Source: Prevotella sp. (lineage in GTDB: Bacteria > Bacteroidota > Bacteroidia > Bacteroidales > Bacteroidaceae). Taken from it: a DNA stretch of 64,000 nt. Made by a program: the position numbers and the translations under genes. Of this stretch, positions 29,170 through 41,100 are shown in pieces; position 1 is the stretch's first letter, and each line of letters begins with the position of its first letter. Location of the stretch: NCBI GenBank assembly GCA_045597565.1, contig JAZLKJ010000078.1, positions 1,232 to 65,231 on the forward strand. The letters run 5' to 3'. Under the pieces are notes generated by a model, which ran no database searches, was not told the DNA's origin, and saw only the letters and a program-made list of their open reading frames with translations.

Positions 29170-32100
29170 ATGAGTAATTTAAGATTTAGATTACAATTAA
29201 TTGCTTTTGCACTGATGCTCGGTTTCGTCTCGGCATCAGCGCAGAACATTCGCTATGTGTCAATGAATGGCGAAAACTCCAATGACGGTACCTCATGGGC
29301 TACAGCCAAGAGGGACGTACAGGATGCTATCAACGACCTTGTGAACAACAACCTCACGGGCGAGGTGTGGGTAGCTGCCGGTACGTATTACCCTACGGAG
29401 ACTACGGAGTCTTCAAGCAGTCCATACCATAAGTCGTTCAAGATTCCTGCCGGCATCACCGTGCGTGGCGGTTTCCGCGGTAAGGTGGAGGCTGATGCAG
29501 AGAAAGAAATTGAAGCATACGATGGCGAGGCCTCTCTTGCAGACCGTCACATGGAGGACGATGCATTCTTCGGTGAAGCTGCCGATGACGGTAAATCGGA
29601 GGATACAGGTAAGCTCGACGGCGAGGCTGCCGGCAGCGGTGTCTATTCCAACAAGACCATTCTCTGCGGCGACCTCAACGAGGACAAGGTTGCTGACGTC
29701 ACTTGGAACGAACAGAAGCAGCAGTTTGACGTAACGTTCTACGGCAACTCATACCACGTCGTATGGTTTGCGATGAACGGTTTCGACCCAGACGGTCGTG
29801 CCCTTCCACTTGCCTCTCCTGCAAAGCTTGAAGGCTGCGTCGTAAAGGGCGGTCATGCCTATACCAACGATGCCTCAGACGATCATCTGCATGTAGGCTA
29901 TGGCGGTGGTATCTATATGGTTGCCAACTCTTTCGTCTATAACAGTGAGGTGAAGGAGTGCGACGCTTCGCGCAATGGTGGTGGTATATACATGGACGGT
30001 GGCGGTATCGTTCGCCGCACATTCGTTCACGACTGCCAGGCTCTCGGCATCGGTACTGAGTACGGTCTCGGTGGTGGTATCTGCGAGGATGCTACTGCAC
30101 GCAACTCGAAGTCTAACCCTATCGTCGTGGCACAAAGTGCCGTTACCAACTGTGCTGCTCGTATCGGTGGTGGTATGGCACTCGTTGCTGACAAGGCCGA
30201 AGGCAACAACAAGTATGCCATCGTGGCAAACTCGACCATCGTAAACAACAACACAGCACAGGTGGAAGCCGGCGGTGTATATACATACAAGGGTGGTGGA
30301 CTCGCGTCGATGACCATCGTAAGAAACAAGTGTAACGGTTCCGGCATCACCCAAAACGGTGTCATCACAGGTCGCTCAGGCGGTGTCTATTGCCGCGATG
30401 CAGCCTATATCGGCAACATCGTTATCTGGGGCAACGAGTGTGCGGCAAACAAAGACATTCAGTATGCCGACTCACGCTCAAGCCTTGCCAGCTCAGAGAA
30501 GACAAAGTTCTATTACAGTGCCCTCTCCAATGCCGAAATCACCGACTGGAGCAAGACAGAGAAGATGGGCGTGTTGTCTCTCGACGAAGCAAACACCACA
30601 ACGGTAGCCAATAAGGGAAATAAAGGCTATCCTTTGTTTGAGAAGCCAACAGAGTCAGCTGGTTATCTTGCAGCAGCGGTATCTGACAACACTATCAACT
30701 GGAAGGTGTTCTCAGAGTCTGCCCTTCACCATGCAGGTATCAACACTGCTGACCTCGATTACGAAGGTCTTACTCCTGCTCCACAGGGTGTAAGCTACGA
30801 TATGCAGTTTGGTGTGTTCAACTCTCGTTGTACTATGGGCGCACTCGTATCGGAGGAACCTTCGATTAATGCAAAGATAGACGGTGATGAGGCTCATTTC
30901 TTCGTTGACCCAAGCTACAACTTTGCTGCTCACCACGACCAGGATGCAAAGGGCGCAAGCTGGGACCTTCCAACCCGATTCCTTGGCAATGTGCTTGAAT
31001 ACGTAAAGAGAAATGCTTCAACGACTCTCAACGGAAAGCAGATTTTTGTACACGTTAAGCAGGGTACTGTTGACAATACCGACTCTTATCAGTCAGGTCG
31101 TGTGCGTACCACTTCCCTCGACATCCCGAGCAACGTAACGATACTTGGTAGCTACGACAAGTCGCTTACGAGCACAAACCTCGACAAGCGCAACGTAGTA
31201 AGAACGCCAACAGTCATTTCCGGTAAGCTGCTCAATGACTACAAGTACAATATCGCACACCTTATTAATATAAAGGATGCCTCAAATGTAACCCTCGATG
31301 GCTTCCAGATCAGCTATGCCAATGCAGCATCTACTGAACTCGGCAACACCAACAAGTATGGTGCTGCAATTACCATCAAGGGCTCTACAACAGGTATCAA
31401 GATCAAGAACATCATCGTCAGTAACTCACAGGCAGAAGCCGGTGCAGCAGTCTATGCCGATGCTTCTGCAGCCGACTTTGAGAACTGTATTTTCCATAAC
31501 AATACCACTACGCAGCTTGCCAACAGTGGTGTCGTTTATGCAACAAACGGCTCAGCACTTACATTCGACCATTGTGATGTTCTCCGTAACGTAGGTCATG
31601 CCTCATATCTTGGTAGCAACAACACTACCAACGTATGGAATAACTCTATATTCTACGGTAACATGGACCGCTCACTGTCTGATACCAATATAGATAGCAA
31701 CAACTCCGACCCTACAACTCCTGGTCTCAACAAGAACGCTCTTGCAGCCTTCAGCGGTAACACAGCCAATGCTTCAGGTAGCCGCTGTATGTTCGATGCC
31801 AAGTCAGCAAGCTTTGCAAGCAAGTTCGGCGGCGGAACAATTGCTGATGGTGGTGATACTGGTAATAAGTGGCAGTACAACCTCCAGTATGCTTTCATAG
31901 ATGGTACAGGTCAAGGCTACCCACGCTTTATCAACCCAACGAAGAATGCCGGTGTGACAGAAGATGGCGACCAGACATACTACGGACGCGCCACATCTTT
32001 CGAGCCACACAACAACAACCCTATCGTAAACCTCGCCTCAGACGCATCACTCGGTGAGGACATCATCGGCATTACCCGAAACTACGGCGGTCTTCCTGAC

Positions 32101-35100
32101 ATCGGTGCTGTGGAGAATCACGAGACAGACAAGGCCGTTGAAGGCGAGAACGCATACACCGACGGACAGAAGAAGTTCGGAGAGGTGATGTATGTGCGCG
32201 ACTATCGCAATAGCGATGGAACCATAGACACCGATATTACCAACCGCGACGGAACTTCATGGGAGCGTGCCATCAACGGTAATGGTATATATACACTGAG
32301 TGGCACGAGAAATGTTGAGGATACAGAGTCAAGGTCAGTCTTTAAAGGTTATAGAATAAAGAATAATACAAACCAACTTATTGTCAAGAGCGGTACCTTG
32401 ACACGAACTACAAATAATGCAGTTGGTACTGTTTTCATGCTTTGTGATGAAAATGGCAATGAGTTGCCAGAAAGTGCGGATATATCTACAGCTAAGCGGT
32501 TGAAGGATATCAACACTGGTAATTATCTGTATCTTGATTTTTCAGGAGCTAACTATACCTTCAGAACTACTGCAAATCCTCTTGCCGCACAGGCAATGGT
32601 TACTTTTGAGAAATCGGGTTCAAACTATAAACTCAAATATACTGCCTCAAACAACCAGACACGTTATATCCGTAATGCAACTGCCCCTGCATCAACTTCA
32701 AGCACAGCATGGACATTCGAAAAAATTCACATTACAGAGCAGGTAGGACTCGGAACCTATACTTCAACGCCTTACAACTACGGTAGTCTTAAAGGGCTTC
32801 AGTATGCTGTAAGTAAAGCAAACATTGATTACACAGACGACCCTATTCGACGCAGTAATCCAGAGAAGGCTAAGCGACAAGTGTGGGTAGGTGCAGGTGT
32901 TTACGCAAAAGACCCTGAGACTGGTGACCACTCATGCTTCATCATCAAGGATGGTGTTGACGTTTATGGTGCATTCCCTAAGACTGGTAACCCAGGCAAG
33001 GATCAGCGTCAGGCACTCGTGTCGCAATACGTTCTTAATAATAGTTCATTCAATCCAGAAGACTATGAAACAATTCTTGAACCAATCACCAAGACCATAA
33101 TAACTGGTGTCACACGTCGTGTGTTAGGTCAGCCTGTGGCTAACAACCCAAGAACTTGGGAAGAGAATCCTTTGCTCAAAGCAGATTATGAAGGTGCTAC
33201 ATGGGACGGCTTTACTATTCGTTTCGGATGTACGGATATGGTTGCGCGCAACACTTGGGGAGGCCGTGATGGTGGCGGTGGAGCATGCCTCTACAACAAC
33301 GTAAAACTTGTGAATTGTGTTGTAACAAATAACACCAGCGTTCGCCAAACAACATCAAATACTGATGAAACCAATCTTCGTGCAGGTGGTGTGTATATGG
33401 ATGGCGGCACAATGGCAAGCTGCTATATCATAAACAACCTTTTGGCGGGTATGAATGTCACAAGCCTCATAAAGGGTAATGCTGCATACGGTGGCGGTGC
33501 CTACATGTATAATGGAACTATGTACAACTGCGTTGTTGCAAACAACAGGATATATGCTAATTATGCCGATGGTGCTGGTCTCTACTTTGAGAATGCTACT
33601 TTCTTCAATAATACCGTTGTCAACAACAAGGCTGAAGGTAATAAAAGTGAAATAGGTGGTATCGCTATATATACAGACTTGGATAAGATAGAAGGAGAAG
33701 TCTCTCTCTTCAATATCTATAATAGTATAATTCTTAACAACTCAGGCTATAAAGGTGCTAATGGTGGGCATGAAAATGTTGCCATGCGTACAAATTCAGG
33801 CAAGATGTACCTTCATAACTGTATAACAAGCAATTGTACCAATTATGATTCTGGTGATGATAAAAAAATCATCTCATACGACGAAACATGTAAAACTCTG
33901 GATAACAATAAAGTAAACACCTTGCTTGTTGACTGTCCTATTACTGGATATGTTGACCCTAGCGCAGGCACTGGAACTTTCGATACATGGAATCTTCGTT
34001 TGGATGCAGGTTCTGCTTTGGCCATTAATCAGGGGTATGATTCTCCTGTGCTCTATGGTGTAACCTACGACCTCACAGACTACAACGATATGGACTTTGC
34101 TGAGCGTATTCAGGACTGCCGTATTGATATTGGTGCTTACGAGTTCAATGGTGCTACTGCTATCGCGCCTCAAGAGGTTGGTGATAATCAGGCTATCTAC
34201 TATGTTACACCTGAAGGTTATGGCACTACCAACGCTAACGACCCAGAGAATGCTGCCTGTGCTTCAAAGCTCCAGCGCGTGCTTGATGCTGCCGGACGCT
34301 ACAAGTACCTCAATCCAAACAAGCAGGTTATCGTGAAGGTTGCCAACAGCTATGACATGGCAAACCCTAAGGATGCTGACACTGAACCAACAAACTTCAC
34401 ATACTACGCTACTCGTACCACTGACTGGACAGACCAAGACGTTCGTGTATGGTCTATCATCGTTCCTCGTGGTGTAGAGGTATGGGGTGGTTATACTGAC
34501 ATTGCTCTTAACGCTGATGGTTCGGAATATAAGATAGATGGTGAGCGTAAGTGGGATAACACACACAACGGCTTTACTTTTGATGGTACCGACCGTCGCA
34601 ACATCACCAAGTACCCAACATACTTCGACTCTTACTATGTCAATAAGCTTGAGAAGACCGATGCTCATACTTACCACGTAGTAACCTTCACTGACCGCAT
34701 CTTTGATGTCAACGGTTATGCTTATACAAAGGATGACTTCTATGGTAAGTCTGCAGAGGACATTCGCACAATCATACAGAATGGTGCTGCAAGCTCATAC
34801 GTGGAACTTCCTGGCAACGATGAAACTCTCTTTGCCCACATGTCTGAGGCTATTGATGGTGTAAGTACTGGTGTTACTGGTAACGTTATCAATATTGGCA
34901 CTCTCGACGCTCCTGTATATGCTTCAAATCGTGCAGTCATTGACGGTATCTTCGTCAGTGGTGGTCAGGCTAATGCCTCTTCAAGCAACACTGGTACAGC
35001 TAACATAAACCAGTACGGTGGTGCTGCCCTCGTCAATGACTATGCTTACGTCCGCAACTGCATCCTTACAGGCAATACAGCGACCAACGGCGGTGCGCTC

Positions 35101-38100
35101 GCTCTTACAGATCGTGCTCTCGTTTCTGGATGTCTCATCATGAACAACGAGGCGAAGAATGCTGGTGGTGGTATCTATGTGTTTGAGGAAGGCACAAAAC
35201 TCTCTAACGGAACCACTATACAGTCTATGCAGAAGGTTGGCGATCCTACTATGGACTACCGCATGGCTCATGTCATCACCTCTACCATTGTCAACAACAA
35301 GGCTCAGCAGGGTGGTGGTATCTGGTTTACCAGCGATGTCAACTCCAACGCTCGCTTCAACTCCGTAGCAGTATGGCAGAACGATGCTGCTGACCAGGAC
35401 AATGTTCATGGTATGGTGAACCCTGAGCAGCCTACGGAGGATGAGACAATTTCTGAGATATTCTATCCATTCGCTTACTCTCTTATCGAGAATATTCGCG
35501 CTTCTGGTACCAACAACCTTGAAGCCATGGCTCTCAACCGTCAGGGCGTACGCTTCGTAAACAAGGCTCATGACGTTGGTCAGACAACTGTTGACCAGTA
35601 TGACATGGCTGTTGAGGCATCAAGTGGTGACGAGTTTGCTGACTTTGGTTACTATGGTCTGACTAGATACTCTACACTCTGTAGCAACGGTATGCCAAAG
35701 GCGATGTATAATCAGTTGAAGGAGGCTATCGCCATTGCCGACGTTGACTTTATGAATCAGGGGCGCATCGACGATATCAACAACTTTGTTGAGATTGGTG
35801 CTCGTGCCCTTCCAAAGCGAATGCCGAGCAATGTGCTTATGCTTCGTCTCTTCGTGGCTCACCCAGAGGTCGTCGATACAAAAACTGCAAATCAGTTCAT
35901 GAGACTTAGCGCGGGTGAAGAGCCTGGTGGAGATAAGACTTCTGAAGCTCATAAAGCGTGGGAGTCAAAGATGTACTACTCGCAGATGGGCTCTTCGTTT
36001 GCCTATCCATTCAACTTCCTGCAGGATGCTATCGACTATATCACACGTGCTCGTAACGGTCAGATTGCAGGTCTTAAGCTGAAGGATGGAACAGCGGCTA
36101 CTTCTGACTTGGTTCGCAACCTCCCATTCGAGATTGTGCTTGGTAGTGGTACTTACTATCCAAGACAGAGTCTCAGTGGCGCAACAGAAAACGTTTGGGC
36201 TCATACCTTCGCTATTCCAGAAGGTGTAACCATCATCGGTGGTTTCAATCCTGAGGGAGGCATCAGCGCGAGTAATCCTACTTACTACGGTCGCTACTAT
36301 CAAGCTGATAAGGAAAAAGCCGCAATCACAGATGAAGGCGACATTTATGCTAATGTAAAACCTATTCCTTCAACTATTGCAGATAAGACTGCAAACGAAG
36401 TAGGTCGTGGCAACAAGTACGGAGCGGAATCTGTATCCCTTCCTGCGGTAGGAACAGCAGCAACTGCTGCAACTGGTACAGAAGGACAGCCAGGTTACGT
36501 TCCTGCTGTTCCTGCAAGTTCGGACTACATGCCTGCAAGAACGGTTAAGTTCCAGCAGTGGCATATTCAGGACATCGCTGATCGCCGCGCTATGGCTGAC
36601 AACAACAAGAACGGCATCATCGAGCCTTGGGAGTTCGCTAACCAGACCATCATCTCTGGTAACGCTGTGAACGGTGAGACCGACGGTGTGTATCACATCA
36701 TGACTGCCGTTGCAGATGAGGATGCAGTAGGTCGTATGCCAAAAGTGCATAAGTATAATAAAGATAAAGATGGCAACATCGTATTCACAGGTTATAATTC
36801 TACAACAAAGGAGGGCGATCCAAGTCTTGAGACTGGCTATCAGTGGAAGGAGGAAGGTCAGCAGATTCGTTTGAATGGTCTTATCATCACAGGTGGTAAT
36901 GCTCTCACATACCTCTCTACAGCTCTCGACGATTATGGTTCGTACATCTTCTATCAGGGTGCTGGTCTGCAGGTGGATGGTAACCGCTATAAGAATAATA
37001 AGAACAATAATCTGACTGGTAAGGCTGTCTTCCATAACTCTGCTGCTTACGGTGTAGGCTATCGTGACATCCCTGTCAGCGTAACCAACTGTCAGTTCCG
37101 CAACAACATAGCTGGTTATGGTGGCGCTATCTCTACTAACGGCTCACTCTCTCTCTTCGGTTCTTCGTTCGAGCAGAACCTTGCGATTGCTGCTACAGAG
37201 AAGCCTGAAGATGGCTACAAGTGGTATTCTTGGGTTAACGATCAAGACCACACTGGTTCAGGAACTGAAGTGAAGAAGGTTATGTACCCTGGTCAGGGTG
37301 GTGCTATTCTCGCTACTGGTCAGCTCAGTGCATTCAACACTCTGTTTGCCAACAACGAGGCCCGTTATGAAGATGAGTACGAAGAGGCTACTATAGCTCC
37401 TGTTGTTCACCCAACATTCCGTGTGCCTGGTGGCGGTACTAACAGTATTCGTGCTGCTGGTGGTGCTATCATGATGGGTAGTGCTGGTCAGCACCATATC
37501 GTGAACTGCGACTTTGTGCGCAACAAGGCTAATGCTTACCCTGCTGTGTTCACGATGAACCCAACATATAAGCAGCCGGATGTTGTTGACACACACAGCT
37601 ACAGCCAGATTATCAACACTGTGGCTTGGGGTAACGAGGTGAACCCAGACATGCTTGCGAAGTATTCGGGCAATGCTGCATACAAGACTGCTTCAAAGCT
37701 GCTGGTGAACATCGGTAAGAAAGAACGTGACCCACAGTATATCAAAACAAAGGGTGGCACAGGTATGTATGATCCATCATTCACCGATGGCAATGTTCCA
37801 AGCAAGACTGACCTTGACAATACTAATGCTGACGCAAGCGGCGATTGGCAGGAATCTGTATGGTTCTGCGCATACGAGGACGGTGTAGGCTTCAAGCCAA
37901 ACAACGAGAAAGACCTCCGCGACGCTATTGTATATACAGCAGGTAGATTTGCTCCTAAGATGATCAAGGATGCCAACAACAATACCTACCAGAACTGTAA
38001 CATGCTGATTGTTGCAGATAATAATGACGTTGCTGGTCCTAACTTCGGTAACCCATCCGTAAAGGCTGGTTTCGACGGATTCATGGAAGGTGCTGACTGG

Positions 38101-41100
38101 AGTCCTGCTCGCTTCAACCGACTCACGGATAATGGTAACGGTTGGATTAAGCAGACTGTGACTACGACTGCTAATGACATAGAGGTAACATTCAATAATG
38201 ATGAAGCTCTTGGTACAGGTTATCAGGGTGCATATCCTTATACCCACTATATTTCTGATATCGTACCAGGTCAGTTCCCTGAGTACAAGCTTTGGATTGC
38301 CATCGGCAACGAGAAGTACATGGAGGCTACAAACGATCCTGAGACAAGAGAACTCACTATCAATGGCACTCCAATCAATCGTTCTCAGAAGAACATCCCA
38401 CGTATCTCTCCAGACCCAACGATGGGCGTAGAGAAGGCTTACATCGACATCGGTGTGTATGAGTATGTTAAGCAGCCACTGCTCAAGCCGGGTAGCGAGG
38501 TCGATATCCTTTGGGTATCTACTAAGGAGAAGCCTGAGAATGGTCCTGCTAATGGTGCTACATGGAAGACTCCTACTTCTGATCTCCAGCGTGCCATTGA
38601 GACTCTCCTCTCTTCACGCAACGGACACAAGAAGGAAATCCGCATCATGGAGGGTGAATATGCTCCTGTGACTCCTAAGACTATCGGCGGCACAAAGTAC
38701 AATGCGTTCATTATCGACACAAAGAGTCTGAACGAAGGTTCTATTGTGCCAAGCAGTTATGCAACTTCACCAAACAAGGAGAACTACTACGCTCAGTCGC
38801 TCACTATCAAGGGTGGCTACAGTGCAGACATTATGTACGAATACAATCCTGTTGAGTATAAGACCGTCATTCGTCAGGGTGAAGCTGCTGATGGTGTCAA
38901 CACTGACCACCTTATATATATAGCAGACCCTACATTGCGCTACTATTATGAAGTGGGTGCTGGTAAGCAGGGCTATACAGATAAGAATCAGGATGGTGCG
39001 ATTTATCCATTGACAGGCAATCATGAGTCTAATACAGCCAAGTCTATGCCTATACAGATTGATGGCGTAACGCTTATCAATAACAAGTCGGCAGCAGAGG
39101 CTGATGGTTCTGTTATCTATTATCCTGATTATGCGGATAAGGTTTCTAATCCAAACTACGATAGCGAAGAGCCAGTAGATCCTGTTAGCAATCCAAAGCA
39201 AATAGACGGCGTAAAGCAGGCTCACTCTATTAGTGTTGGTGGTGAGATCGTTTATTATACGGACAAGGAACATACTCAAAAATCCGGAAATGACGGTAAG
39301 GATGAGACTGATTATCCAGCAATTGAAGATAATACCGGAGAGGTTATCCCTAACCCTGCCAAGATTGTTATCACAAAGACTCAGATTATCGGTAGCGGTA
39401 ACACGACGTCCGCTGAGGATGTAACCAAGGCAAGTGCAGTGTATATCGGACAGAACGGTGGTAGCGCCCTTATATATAATACGGTGTTCCACTCTAACTA
39501 CGGTATGCCTCTCAACGCTTGGAATACTGTCAACGTAAACAATACGTTCGGTCTTAACGCTGGTAAGGTACAGCTTCAGGATGCTACAGGCGTAGCTGTT
39601 AAGTCTCAGATGCACAACTCTGCTCTGTGGAAGAACAACAAGACGGCTGAAGGCTATGGCGATCAGTTCACAGGTGCTGCAAGCTTCTCTTACAATAGCT
39701 ACACTGGTTGTACTACAGATGCAGACAACAACACATCTCTCTCTGACGTTAACTCCAACATTGCTGAAGGTCCTAACTTCGTTGACCCAGAGAATGCTGA
39801 CATTGAGGCTCGCAACTTCGACCTCAAGCCAAGCATGCGCCTGCTCAACAAGGGTAGTGAGACTGCTACTACAGGTACATACTACACAAAGATTATGCAC
39901 TACTATGTAGGAAAGGTTGCTGATGTTGATAAGTATGCAAACTATGACTATGCTCTTATTCCTACCACAGACGTTGATGTATTGAATCGTGATCGTTTCA
40001 AGAACAACATCGACCGCGGTGCTTACGAGTTCCAGGGTAGCTTGTACGAAATCCTCTATGTTGACCCTAACAAGTCGCACCGTGATGATGCTACAGGTGA
40101 GAACTGGAATGACGCTTTCGGCTATGGCGACCTCCAGAACGCTATCGACCTTGCTGCTATCTATCATGCAACAAATCCGAATAAGGAAGCTTACGTCTTC
40201 GTCAAGGGTAACTCTTCTACGAACAAGGGAGAGAATACCAACGAGACTATTACTATCCGCGATGGTGTTACTACTTACGGTTCTATCCTTTCAAGCAATA
40301 CTAACTGGCATGGTATTAAGAAGGAAGATGGTACAACTCCGAAGTACTCTTCTGTTGACGACTATATCCGCGACATCCGTCTCAACCGTGAAGGTGTGGC
40401 AAGCACTCATGCCAACCAGACTATCGTAACAGGTATCAAGACTGCCGATGCTGCATTCAATGGAACTTATGTTGACACAACTGATCCTGAAAATCCTGTG
40501 ACATACAATGTTCCTGCTGTCATCGACGGCTTCGTGGTAACAGACCCTAACGGTCCTACTTCTCCTGTACTTGACATTACAAACACTTCTGAGAATGCGA
40601 CTATCGTAGTTCGCAACGTCATCGTTGCAGACAACGATATGAGCAAGGCTGAAGGTAACGTTAATGTGGCACAGATCAGCAACGGTCTTATCTACGAGGC
40701 TCTCTTCCGCGACAATAAGCCTAAGGGTAATGGTGCTGTGCTGAAGGTCGGCAACAATCCAGAAGGCACTAAGACTGCAAGCACTAAGACCAGTGGCTAT
40801 GCCGTAAACGTAACTGTTGAAGGCAAGACCATAGGTGCAGACGGTACTGAGCCTGTTGACGGCGACAGAGAATCTGAAACTCAGATCTACAAGTCTATCA
40901 CAAACTCTATCGACGGCTCTAAGGATGGTGCTTACGGCAAGATCATCAATAAGGGTATCTTCGGTTACTACTACAACATAGGTCGTATAGGAGACTCTAA
41001 CAAGAGTACAAATGCTGACCTGAACTATCAGCTCTCTGAGACAAGTAAGTACATTGATATGTGCGAGCTTGACGTTGACGCTAACGGTAACCCTAACTTC

